From the NCBI GenBank assembly GCA_031416315.1, contig JANOTL010000199.1:1-43549 (forward strand): 43,549 nt of DNA, written 5' to 3'. This document shows, piece by piece, positions 1 to 7,970 of this stretch. The notes under the pieces are model-generated. The model had not been told where the DNA came from and did not search any database. It was given only the letters and a program-made list of their open reading frames with translations. This stretch comes from Pseudomonadota bacterium. Its GTDB lineage: Bacteria > Bdellovibrionota_B > Oligoflexia > Oligoflexales > CAIYRB01. Numbering within the stretch: the stretch's first letter is position 1; each line of letters opens with the position of its first letter. Position numbers and translations under genes: made by a program.

Positions 1-133
1 CGCGATCCGCGATCCGCGATCCGCGATCCGCGATCCGCGATCCGCGATCCGCGATCCGCGATCCGCGATCCGCGATCCGCGATCCGCGATCCGCGATCCG
101 CGATCCGCGATCCGCGATCCGCGATCCGCGATC
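1..133. repeat. 7-bp tandem repeat (CGCGATC) x19, running off the left window edge
   Basis: 19 perfect consecutive CGCGATC units read directly; no spacers. Confidence 0.97.
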
Positions 134-161
134 CGATGCCGTCTCCGGCATCGGATCGCGG
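126..161 (-). terminator. 16-bp perfect hairpin downstream of the TPR regulator gene; possible terminator or 3' stabiliser without U-tract
   Basis: CCGCGATCCGATGCCG-TCTC-CGGCATCGGATCGCGG; loop reads GAGA (GNRA) on the minus strand; about 50 bp after the stop at 210. Confidence 0.55.
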
Positions 162-209
162 CTATCGGTTTCGGATGGCGGCCGTATCAGAGGGCCGCGA
201 GCTGGCGCC

Positions 210-2411
210 TCAAGTAACCGTGATGCCCGGCTCCGTCCCGGCGCGGTAGAACACGTGCCGCCCGTCTTTCACCGCTTGAATCGCGCTGTCTTCCGCCAGG
301 CGCTTCAGAATGCGCTTCGTCGTCGCCGCCGAGATCTTGAGCCGTTGGCTCAGCTGCACGGAGGACATCGGCCCGTCGTGGAGCAGCCGTAGGATTTCCT
401 GCGCGGTATCGAGCCCCTCGCTCCGCGGCGGCTGGATGCGGATCGCCTCCTGGAAGAGCTGGATCTGGTCGGCGTGCACGATGATCGGCGCCATCGTCTG
501 CGGGAAAAAATCGCGCAGGCGCATGATGGTGTTGCGGATCTTCTGCTGCCATCCCTGCGACTGCAGGCTTTGCTTCCAGACGTGCGTCTGGATCTCCGCC
601 GTCGAGGCAGAGAAGTTGCTCTTCAGCAGCAGGTAGTGCAGGAGCTCCGCCAAGGACGGATGCCGCTCCAGGCTCACGACGTAGTGGTCACCGACGCGGA
701 AGTGCCGTTCGTCGATTGCCTCCAGGGTCGGAGCGAAGTAAGTCCGCGTCGCCCGCGCGACGAGCTTCACTTGCCAGTCGGCGGTCAGCCGCGAGCTCCT
801 GCCCTCGATCGTCGCCAGCCAACCCCCGAGCACGAACTTGTCGGCGAAGCTCAGCCGCGGCCCCTTCGACGCCAAGCGCAGCACGCGCTCGCAGTCCTGG
901 AAATCTCCGAGTTGATAGGCCCGCGCGGCGTGCACGAAGAGCACGTGCGTCTTCAGCGGCGTCTCGCCGAGCCGCGCGACCATGATCTCCAGCTCACGGA
1001 CCTGCGGCTCGAGGAGGCCCACCTGCCGCTGCCGCAGGCTCGTCTGGACCAAACCGAGCAAGCCCAGGGCCTCGTGGTAGCGGTCGCCCGTCTGCCGCGC
1101 CCGCATGAAAGTCCCCTGGAACTCCCTTTCCGCCTCGCCGTATTCGTCCCGATTCAACGCCAGGTGCCCGAGCGCATAGATCCGGTCGAGCCAGTTGAAG
1201 TTGTTTTTCTCCAGCGATTCATCGATCTCAGGCTTCGCCAGCGGAGTGATCTGGTTCAGGAAGGCCGACTGCAGGTGGTGGCGTGCCAGAGTCGCCAACT
1301 CTTCCAAGGTATGGACGCCCTGGGTCTCGAACGGCGCGGTCGCTTCGCGCAGGAGCGTCTGGCTTTCGTCGACGAGCCCGTCCTCCCACAAGATCTCGGC
1401 CTGAAGGTTGGTGTAGCGCGATTTGAACCGCGAAGACTCCTCGAGCGATGCCAGGTCGAGCGTCTGCCGCCCGAACTTCCGGGCCAAGTGGTACCGCCCC
1501 ATGGCCAGGTACGTGAACGCCAGCATCGACAGAATGTGCAGGCGCCGAAAGCTCTTGTCCGACAGCGGCAGGCATTCCAGGGCCCGGCGCATATGCTCGC
1601 GCGCCGCGGCGAAGTCGCCGTGCTGATACGCGTCCATGCCGTAAGCGGCTTCGCAATGCGACAGGGGACCCGGCAGATCCTGAGCCTCGGCCAAGCGCCG
1701 GCACTCCTCGATCATGGCGAAGGCCTCGTCGGTCCGCTTGGTGCCGCCGTTCAGGTGGCAAGCCGCCGTATTGAAGATCGCTTTCGCCGCCGCTTCCCAA
1801 TCCTCGAGCGTCCGGTAGAGCTTCGACGCCTCGTAGAAGACCTCCGCCGCCTGCTGATAGCGCCCGAGGTGGAAGTTCATGCGTCCCATGGTCACCAAGA
1901 AATCGGCTCTTTCGCGCGTCCCGAGCTCCGAGCTCTGCAGCAGCGCGTACACGTCGTGGAGCTGACGCACCGTCTTCTGCCGCTTACCTTCCTCGGCGTA
2001 ACTGCTGCAGATGAGCATCTCGAGCTGCAGCTTCTCCGCCGGTAGGAGCCCGGTGAGCCGCAGCGCCCGATTCGCAATGTCGCGCGTCGTCGAAGGCATG
2101 CCGCTCTCGAGGAAGACCTGCGCCGAAGGGATCGCGACCGCGACGGCCGGCGCTTTCTTGGCGAACTCGGCGATCTCGCGGCCGAGCTCCAGGTTCCAGC
2201 TCGCGAGGCAGCCTTGGATGAGCCGCCCAAAAATCCGCGGGTCATATTGCAGACTTTGAGGATCCGACTTCAGCAGTCGGAAGATCTCTTGAATGGGCTT
2301 CGAGTTGCCCGTGCTCGCAATCGCGTCGCCGTGCTGATCGAACAGCGCTTCCCAAGGCTGCTTCGTATGGCAGTCCCGGGCCTGCTTCGTTACGGCATCC
2401 CAATTGGTCAC
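210..2411 (-). CDS. TPR-repeat protein with C-terminal winged-helix/HTH domains (putative transcriptional regulator)
   Basis: 733 aa; TPR-like helices (MGRMNFHLGRYQQAAEVF, YQHGDFAAAREHMRRAL); OmpR-type wHTH-like segment (LLHYLL..STAEIQTHVW..IRNTIMRLR); terminal ArsR-like HTH (GPMSSVQLSQRLKISAATTKRILKRL..GRHVFY). Confidence 0.8.
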   Translation of the reverse strand: MTNWDAVTKQARDCHTKQPWEALFDQHGDAIASTGNSKPIQEIFRLLKSDPQSLQYDPRIFGRLIQGCLASWNLELGREIAEFAKKAPAVAVAIPSAQVFLESGMPSTTRDIANRALRLTGLLPAEKLQLEMLICSSYAEEGKRQKTVRQLHDVYALLQSSELGTRERADFLVTMGRMNFHLGRYQQAAEVFYEASKLYRTLEDWEAAAKAIFNTAACHLNGGTKRTDEAFAMIEECRRLAEAQDLPGPLSHCEAAYGMDAYQHGDFAAAREHMRRALECLPLSDKSFRRLHILSMLAFTYLAMGRYHLARKFGRQTLDLASLEESSRFKSRYTNLQAEILWEDGLVDESQTLLREATAPFETQGVHTLEELATLARHHLQSAFLNQITPLAKPEIDESLEKNNFNWLDRIYALGHLALNRDEYGEAEREFQGTFMRARQTGDRYHEALGLLGLVQTSLRQRQVGLLEPQVRELEIMVARLGETPLKTHVLFVHAARAYQLGDFQDCERVLRLASKGPRLSFADKFVLGGWLATIEGRSSRLTADWQVKLVARATRTYFAPTLEAIDERHFRVGDHYVVSLERHPSLAELLHYLLLKSNFSASTAEIQTHVWKQSLQSQGWQQKIRNTIMRLRDFFPQTMAPIIVHADQIQLFQEAIRIQPPRSEGLDTAQEILRLLHDGPMSSVQLSQRLKISAATTKRILKRLAEDSAIQAVKDGRHVFYRAGTEPGITVT

Positions 2412-2725
2412 GAAAAGTCCTCGAAAGCTTGCTCAAATCTATAACAGGGCGCACGAGGGAGAACAAAGGTTTCTCGATGAGCCGGGTTTATTGCAAGCAT
2501 TCCGTAGATGAATCCATAACCATGTAATATTTTTACAGATAATTTCAAAGCCGCGGCAGAATGCCTAAAGCTCGGGATGGCGTCCTCCGTACTTATCTGA
2601 AATTTATGAAGAAATACAATCTTTACACAAGATACTCGCTGGGTAAGGGACCTCTGCTACCGTCTACTAGGCATTCAAAGACATGGATTAAGTCGTTCTC
2701 TTTGACGGGTCGGGGCTAGAAGCTC

Positions 2726-4765
2726 ATGACTGATCAAGGCGTATTCAAGATGGCCAAGCTGGCTACCTTTGCCTTCACGAAGCTCGTCGTCGTCGCGCTT
2801 ACGCTGCCGACGGCTGCGGCCTTTGCGACCAATTTCCCCGAGTCCGTGAAGGACGGCCCCGCGGAGGTCGAGCTCTTGAGCTCGGTCATGTGGCAGCCTT
2901 TGTCCTACGGCGAGAAGTACATCTATCCGCCTGGAATTCCTGCCGTGCTCCGCGCCCGCGAAGCGAACCGCTCCTTCCGGATCGAGCAGTATTTCAGTGA
3001 GCAGCTGACGAGCGAGATGCTCGTTCCGCACGTCAGTGGCACTTGGTCGCGCCACGCGGAGAACGAGCTCGTCTACGACGCGCCGAGCCGTCGCTGGTCG
3101 AACCGCTTTGTCGAGATCACCTCGCCCCGCTGCGACCGCGCTTCGGTCGCGGATTACGGCTACCGCTGCGTCGCCGACATCACGGTCAGCGAAGACACCC
3201 CGGCCGGCACCATCGGCGTGTCGATCGGCGTCACCATCGAAGGCGTCGAGTTCACCCACCCGAACTCGATCTTTTGGATCATCCTCCCCGAAGAAGAGGT
3301 CGGCTACGTCGCGAAGCGCCTCGAACAGGCCAAGCGCGTCGCGGTCCCCGCCCCGAGCGAAGTCCAGGAAATGGACGTCACCGAGGTCCGCAAGAACGTG
3401 GTCCGTATCACGCTTGGCGGCAACTTTTCCCTCGGTACGGGCTTCCTGACTCGGAACATCGAGCCCGTCCGCAAGCTCTTCAAGCCCGAAGTGATCGCGG
3501 TGCCGACGCCGCCCGTGCGTGAGGACCGCCTCTACGTGGTGACCGCCGCCCACCTCTTCCCGGTGGCCTACTCTTACGGTCCGATGAGCGACGGCGAATG
3601 GCAGCAAGGCAACACCGACTCCGAGCCGACGCCCTTTCGGTCAGGCTATCAGTACGATCTCGACGTCAACGGCGAGCGCATCGAGCAAGCCGCGACGCTG
3701 CTCGCTCGCAACGTCGAAAGCGACCTCGCGCTCCTTTCGGTCCGCGTCGCCGCGCTTCCCGCGGTCGCTCGCGCCCTGGGACTTTCCGACGAGTCGGACA
3801 TCCACGGTCTCGTCATGGCCGACTCGATCGACGTCGAGAACGAAGGCGATGCTCCGAAAGTTATCCTCGGTTACCCGGCCGAGCTCGGCGGCACGCTAGT
3901 CCAGCGCGTCGGCAAGCTGGCCCGGAGCGAGTATCCGACCGACGACACCTCGAACTTCGGCCCCCTCGACAAGTTCAAGCTCGAGGCCATGGACCCCTTC
4001 GCGACCGATCTCGCCGAGCCGGGCATGTCCGGCGGCCCGATCCTCGACGAGCGCGGCCACGTCATCGGCCTCACGGTCGAGCGTCCTAACGACACCAACT
4101 CGCTGATCGCCCTAGACCTCACCTCGTTGGAGCGCTTGGAACAAGGTTACGCGCTCGACGAGAAGAGCTGCATGCTCCGCTTCAATCCTTTCGACCGCAT
4201 TCTGACTCTGGTCAAGCGCGACCTCGCCTGCGACTACGGCCGCTTCGGCAGCCCGCGCGGATTCACCTCGCTCACCGGCGAATGGACGATCCAGGAAGTT
4301 CTCGGCTTTGCCGACGGGCCCGAGCAATCACCCGCCGCGAAGTTGATGTCCAGCGGCCGCCATGAGTACACCAACGGCCACGCGATCATCAACGGCCACG
4401 CGATCATCAACGGTCACGCGATCATCAACGGTCACGCGATCATCCGCAGCACGGTCGTCGTCGTGAACCGCGACAACATCGAGGAAGTGAACGCCGAGGA
4501 GCTCCGCAACGGCTTCAAGCTGAACCCCGACTCTTTCCGCAACTTCTTGCCGAAGGGCGTGCGTATCCTCAGCCATGAGGGCAACGACGTCGCCTCGGCG
4601 CCGCCGCTCGGGCAGCTGATCATCGGGACGCGGGAGAAGATGTCGGATCCGAAGTTCATCCCGGTCTATTCGATCCGCGAGTTCGTGATCTGGCTCCATC
4701 GCAATGCGGGCCAAGAGAACTACGCTCAGCTCATCTGTCTCCACGGCGATCGTTGCTCCCGCTGA
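2726..4765 (+). CDS. Secreted trypsin-like (S1) serine protease domain protein (start may be ATG 2750)
   Basis: Signal peptide (VVVALTLPTAAAFA); GTGF, VVTAAHL (His), DLALL (Asp), PGMSGGPI (Ser), GHVIGL motifs in order. Confidence 0.8.
   Translation: MTDQGVFKMAKLATFAFTKLVVVALTLPTAAAFATNFPESVKDGPAEVELLSSVMWQPLSYGEKYIYPPGIPAVLRAREANRSFRIEQYFSEQLTSEMLVPHVSGTWSRHAENELVYDAPSRRWSNRFVEITSPRCDRASVADYGYRCVADITVSEDTPAGTIGVSIGVTIEGVEFTHPNSIFWIILPEEEVGYVAKRLEQAKRVAVPAPSEVQEMDVTEVRKNVVRITLGGNFSLGTGFLTRNIEPVRKLFKPEVIAVPTPPVREDRLYVVTAAHLFPVAYSYGPMSDGEWQQGNTDSEPTPFRSGYQYDLDVNGERIEQAATLLARNVESDLALLSVRVAALPAVARALGLSDESDIHGLVMADSIDVENEGDAPKVILGYPAELGGTLVQRVGKLARSEYPTDDTSNFGPLDKFKLEAMDPFATDLAEPGMSGGPILDERGHVIGLTVERPNDTNSLIALDLTSLERLEQGYALDEKSCMLRFNPFDRILTLVKRDLACDYGRFGSPRGFTSLTGEWTIQEVLGFADGPEQSPAAKLMSSGRHEYTNGHAIINGHAIINGHAIINGHAIIRSTVVVVNRDNIEEVNAEELRNGFKLNPDSFRNFLPKGVRILSHEGNDVASAPPLGQLIIGTREKMSDPKFIPVYSIREFVIWLHRNAGQENYAQLICLHGDRCSR
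4373..4444 (+). repeat. In-frame 18-bp tandem repeat x4 encoding NGHAII
   Basis: AACGGYCACGCGATCATC x4; copies 1-2 GGC, copies 3-4 GGT. Confidence 0.95.
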
Positions 4766-4773
4766 GACGCCGA

Positions 4774-5622
4774 TCAGGCCGCGATATCGCGCACGTCCAC
4801 GTTCAGGGCCTGGAGGATCAGCTTGAGCAAGGGCTCGATCTGCTTCTTCACCGCCGTCGGCGCGCCCGCTAGGACGAAGGCCGCATGACGTAGCGAAGCC
4901 TTGTCGAGGTGCGCCGTGTTCGCCATTTGCGCGCCCGGGGACGAGGGCTGGGAGTCGCCGGCGGAGCCCGCAGAGCGGCCCGTTTTCAAGCGACCTCCGT
5001 TGAAGCTGACCTCGCGGTAGCTGTCTTGGTTGCGGAAGGTGAGAAGCGCTTCCTCGAGCTCGAGGCTCTCGGGCTTCGACCGGAGGAGGAGGTCGGTCGG
5101 GCCATCGCCGCGAAGGCAGACCCACTCTTCGCCCCGGTACTTCTCGTTGCGCATGTCTTGGCCCAAGTTGACCAGCGACTTGCCGCAACGCAGCGGTTCG
5201 ATGACCTCGCGAAGGAAGACCAAAGTATCCGGCGCCTCGTGCAGGAACACGCAACCTACGAACAGAGTCCGAGCGCTTTGACCTACGGTCCGCACGGCGC
5301 TGAACTTCACCATGATCTCTTGGTCCAAGACCTTCATGCGGCCTTTGACCTCGTTGCCGAGCTCCAAGGGACGGCCGTCGGTATCGAAGCGGACGGCCAT
5401 GCCTCCATAGCTGAGATCGCGGACCAAGCCCATCTTGGGGATGTTTCCTTGGCCGCCGTTCTCGATGAAGATCTGAGCGACGCCGTCGCCTTGAATCATG
5501 TATCGGGAGTGCACGCGATTGTCGCGGCTGAGCTCTTGAAGCATCGCCTCGGCCTCTTGCGCCGGCGACTGCGTTTTCCCATTGCCGCTCAGCATCTTGC
5601 CGAGCTTCGAAAAGAGCCCCAT
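4774..5622 (-). CDS. PilZ-domain protein (putative c-di-GMP receptor)
   Basis: RxxxR (RVHSR) followed by DxSxGG (RDLSYGGMAV); GGAGG ribosome-binding site upstream. Confidence 0.75.
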   Translation of the reverse strand: MGLFSKLGKMLSGNGKTQSPAQEAEAMLQELSRDNRVHSRYMIQGDGVAQIFIENGGQGNIPKMGLVRDLSYGGMAVRFDTDGRPLELGNEVKGRMKVLDQEIMVKFSAVRTVGQSARTLFVGCVFLHEAPDTLVFLREVIEPLRCGKSLVNLGQDMRNEKYRGEEWVCLRGDGPTDLLLRSKPESLELEEALLTFRNQDSYREVSFNGGRLKTGRSAGSAGDSQPSSPGAQMANTAHLDKASLRHAAFVLAGAPTAVKKQIEPLLKLILQALNVDVRDIAA

Positions 5623-5767
5623 ATAGACCTCCGCTTCGTAAGATCAATCGGGCTCTTCGGCGTGCGCCTTTAGCTTGAAAATCATGGATTTGTATGGTAA
5701 TTATGCGAGCGTTTCTAAAGAGTCCGTGCAATCTACCGTAAATTCTTGAGTGAATTCACGAGAATGC

Positions 5768-5814
5768 AGGCCTTGGACCCAGCCGAAGGCGGCCGGTCGC
5801 CATGGGCCTTTTTT
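5768..5814 (+). promoter_or_regulatory. Terminator/attenuator-like hairpin in the rimP-nusA-infB leader
   Basis: AGGCCTTGG...CCATGGGCCT stem followed by a T run, about 19 nt before the likely rimP ATG. Confidence 0.55.
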
Positions 5815-5832
5815 GTTTCGAGTCAGAGTGAA

Positions 5833-6312
5833 ATGAACCGAGCCAAGCTCAACGACATCATGGAACTGATCAGCCGCCTGCTCGAGCCCGAAGCGCTCGA
5901 ATGCATCGAAGCGGAATGGGATCAGCACGACCGGATCCTTCGCCTCTACGTCGACCGCAGCAATGCCGCCGCCGCCGACGGCGCGACCGTCAACTTGGAC
6001 GATTGCGTCCGGGCCAGCCGTCGCCTGAACGAGGCCCCCGAGCTCGATGAGGCCGTCCCGGGCGCTTACACCCTGGAAGTCAGCTCCCCCGGCGTCGAGC
6101 GTCCGCTCCGCCTCGAGCAGCACTTCCAACGCTTCGTCGGCAGCAAAGTCCACGTGACGCTGCGCGAGAAACTCGAAGACCGTTGGCGGGCAGAGGGCAT
6201 CCTCGAGACCGTCGAAGATCGCAATATCACCTTGAACACGCCTGAAGGCTCGTTGCGCTTCCCGCTCGACAGCTTGAAGAAGGCGTCACTCGTTTATGAC
6301 TGGGGCAATTGA
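5833..6312 (+). CDS. rimP: Ribosome maturation factor RimP
   Basis: ILRLYVD, VNLDDC, YTLEVSSPGVERPL motifs; directly upstream of nusA; ATG 5833 preferred over the track start 5746. Confidence 0.95.
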   Translation: MNRAKLNDIMELISRLLEPEALECIEAEWDQHDRILRLYVDRSNAAAADGATVNLDDCVRASRRLNEAPELDEAVPGAYTLEVSSPGVERPLRLEQHFQRFVGSKVHVTLREKLEDRWRAEGILETVEDRNITLNTPEGSLRFPLDSLKKASLVYDWGN

Positions 6313-6314
6313 GA

Positions 6315-7922
6315 ATGGCCGCAACCGAGACCACAGAGTCCTTTGACACGGACCTAACCCGTGTCATCAACGTCGTCAGCAAAGACAAGAACCTCGACAA
6401 GGCGATCATCATCGACGCCCTCGAGCAGGCCGTCCTTCACGCGGCGCGCCGCGACTACGGCGCCACGGCCGACCTCGAGGCCCACTACAACGAAGAATCG
6501 AACGAGATCGAGCTCTTTCAATTCCGCACCGTCGTCGAGGACGTCCAGGACGAGGTCCGCGAGATCTCGGTCCCCGAAGCCCACAAGCTGGACCCCGACG
6601 CCAATGTCGGCGACGCCCTGGGAATCAAGATCGACACGTCGACCTTCGGCCGCATCGCCGCGCAGTCCGCGAAGCAGATCATCGTCCAGAAGGTCCGTGA
6701 CGCCGAACGCGCGCAGATCTACGAAGAGTTCAAAGACCGCGTCGGCGAGGTCCTCTCCGGCCACGTCCGCCGTTTCGAGAGGAACGACATCATCGTCGAC
6801 CTCGGCCGTACGGAAGCCATCATCCCGTATCGCGAGCAGATGCCGACCGAGCGCTATCGCGTCAAAGACCGCGTGACCGGCTACGTCTTGGAAGTGAAGC
6901 GCTCCTCGCGCGGCCCCCAGATCGTCATGTCCCGCGCTCACCCCGGTTTCCTCGTCCGCCTCTTCGAGCAGCACGTCACCGAGATCTACGACAACATCGT
7001 CACGATCGAGTCGGCCGCGCGCGACCCGGGCCACCGCTCGAAGATCGCCGTCTACTCCCGCGACAACTCGGTCGACCCGGTCGGCGCCTGCGTCGGCATG
7101 AAGGGCGCCCGCGTCCAAGCCGTCGTCCAAGAGCTGAACGGCGAGAAGATCGACATCGTGCCCTGGGACAAAGACCCGGCGCGCCTCGTTTGCAACGCCC
7201 TTGCCCCGGCGCAAGTGAGCAAGGTCATCGTCGACGACCAGAACCATTCGATGGAAGTCATCGTCGGCGACGACCAGCTTTCCCTCGCCATCGGCAAGCG
7301 CGGTCAGAACGTGCGCCTCGCCGCCCAGCTCACCGGTTGGCGCTTGGACATCAAGTCCGAGTCGAAGCTCGAGCAAGAGCAGGTCGGCGCGAAGATCATG
7401 GTCGCCAACATCCCGGGCATCGGCCCGATGCGTGCCGAGATCTTGGTCAATGAAGGCGTCAAGTCGCCCGCAGAAGTCGCCGCCCTCAGCGCGCGCACCC
7501 TGCAGCGCCTCTTGAACATGGACGAGGCCGAAGCCGACAAGGTCGTCGAGGAAGCCCGCCGCATCGCCGGCGAAAAGGGCGGCCCGGCGCCGAAAGCGCC
7601 GTCCGAGTCGGGCGAGCACGGCGACCTCTTCGCGCACGCCGCGGCCGATCCGCGCCGCCGCGAGGAAGCGGAGAAAGTCCCCGAGCAAGACACGGGACGC
7701 AGCGACCGCGTGAAGCTCTTCCTCCGCCTCACGGGCGTGGGCGAAGCGACCGCGACCGCCTTGGGCGACGCAGGTTACGGCACGATCGGCGACATCATCG
7801 CCGACTCGGCCGAAGAAGTGGCACAGAAGACGGGCCTGTCGATCGGCATTGCGCGCACCGTGCAAATCGCCGCCGACCGGTACTTGCAGTCCGAGTTGGT
7901 CGACGACTCGAATGACGACTGA
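6315..7922 (+). CDS. nusA: Transcription termination/antitermination factor NusA with C-terminal HhH-like repeats
   Basis: FGRIAAQSAKQII, ARDPGHRSKIAV, DPVGACVGMKGARV, LSLAIGKRGQNVRLAAQLTGW. Confidence 0.98.
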   Translation: MAATETTESFDTDLTRVINVVSKDKNLDKAIIIDALEQAVLHAARRDYGATADLEAHYNEESNEIELFQFRTVVEDVQDEVREISVPEAHKLDPDANVGDALGIKIDTSTFGRIAAQSAKQIIVQKVRDAERAQIYEEFKDRVGEVLSGHVRRFERNDIIVDLGRTEAIIPYREQMPTERYRVKDRVTGYVLEVKRSSRGPQIVMSRAHPGFLVRLFEQHVTEIYDNIVTIESAARDPGHRSKIAVYSRDNSVDPVGACVGMKGARVQAVVQELNGEKIDIVPWDKDPARLVCNALAPAQVSKVIVDDQNHSMEVIVGDDQLSLAIGKRGQNVRLAAQLTGWRLDIKSESKLEQEQVGAKIMVANIPGIGPMRAEILVNEGVKSPAEVAALSARTLQRLLNMDEAEADKVVEEARRIAGEKGGPAPKAPSESGEHGDLFAHAAADPRRREEAEKVPEQDTGRSDRVKLFLRLTGVGEATATALGDAGYGTIGDIIADSAEEVAQKTGLSIGIARTVQIAADRYLQSELVDDSNDD

Positions 7923-7970
7923 GATGAACGCTGATCTGGTTCTAAAAGCTCCGGGAAGGGGTCGAGAGAT

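Noticed and set aside
1..133. Possible CRISPR array
   Set aside because: Contiguous 7-bp units with no spacers and no cas genes
2540..2690. Possible c-di-GMP riboswitch or structured RNA upstream of the protease (GAATGCCTA/TAGGCATTC pairing)
   Set aside because: Lacks the GGCAAA..GAAA..GCAAA arrangement; one 9-bp complement is insufficient
4381..4441. CGCGATC occurs in both the 18-bp repeat and the terminal 7-bp array
   Set aside because: A common heptamer in GC-rich DNA (part of CAC GCG ATC, His-Ala-Ile); no further shared sequence
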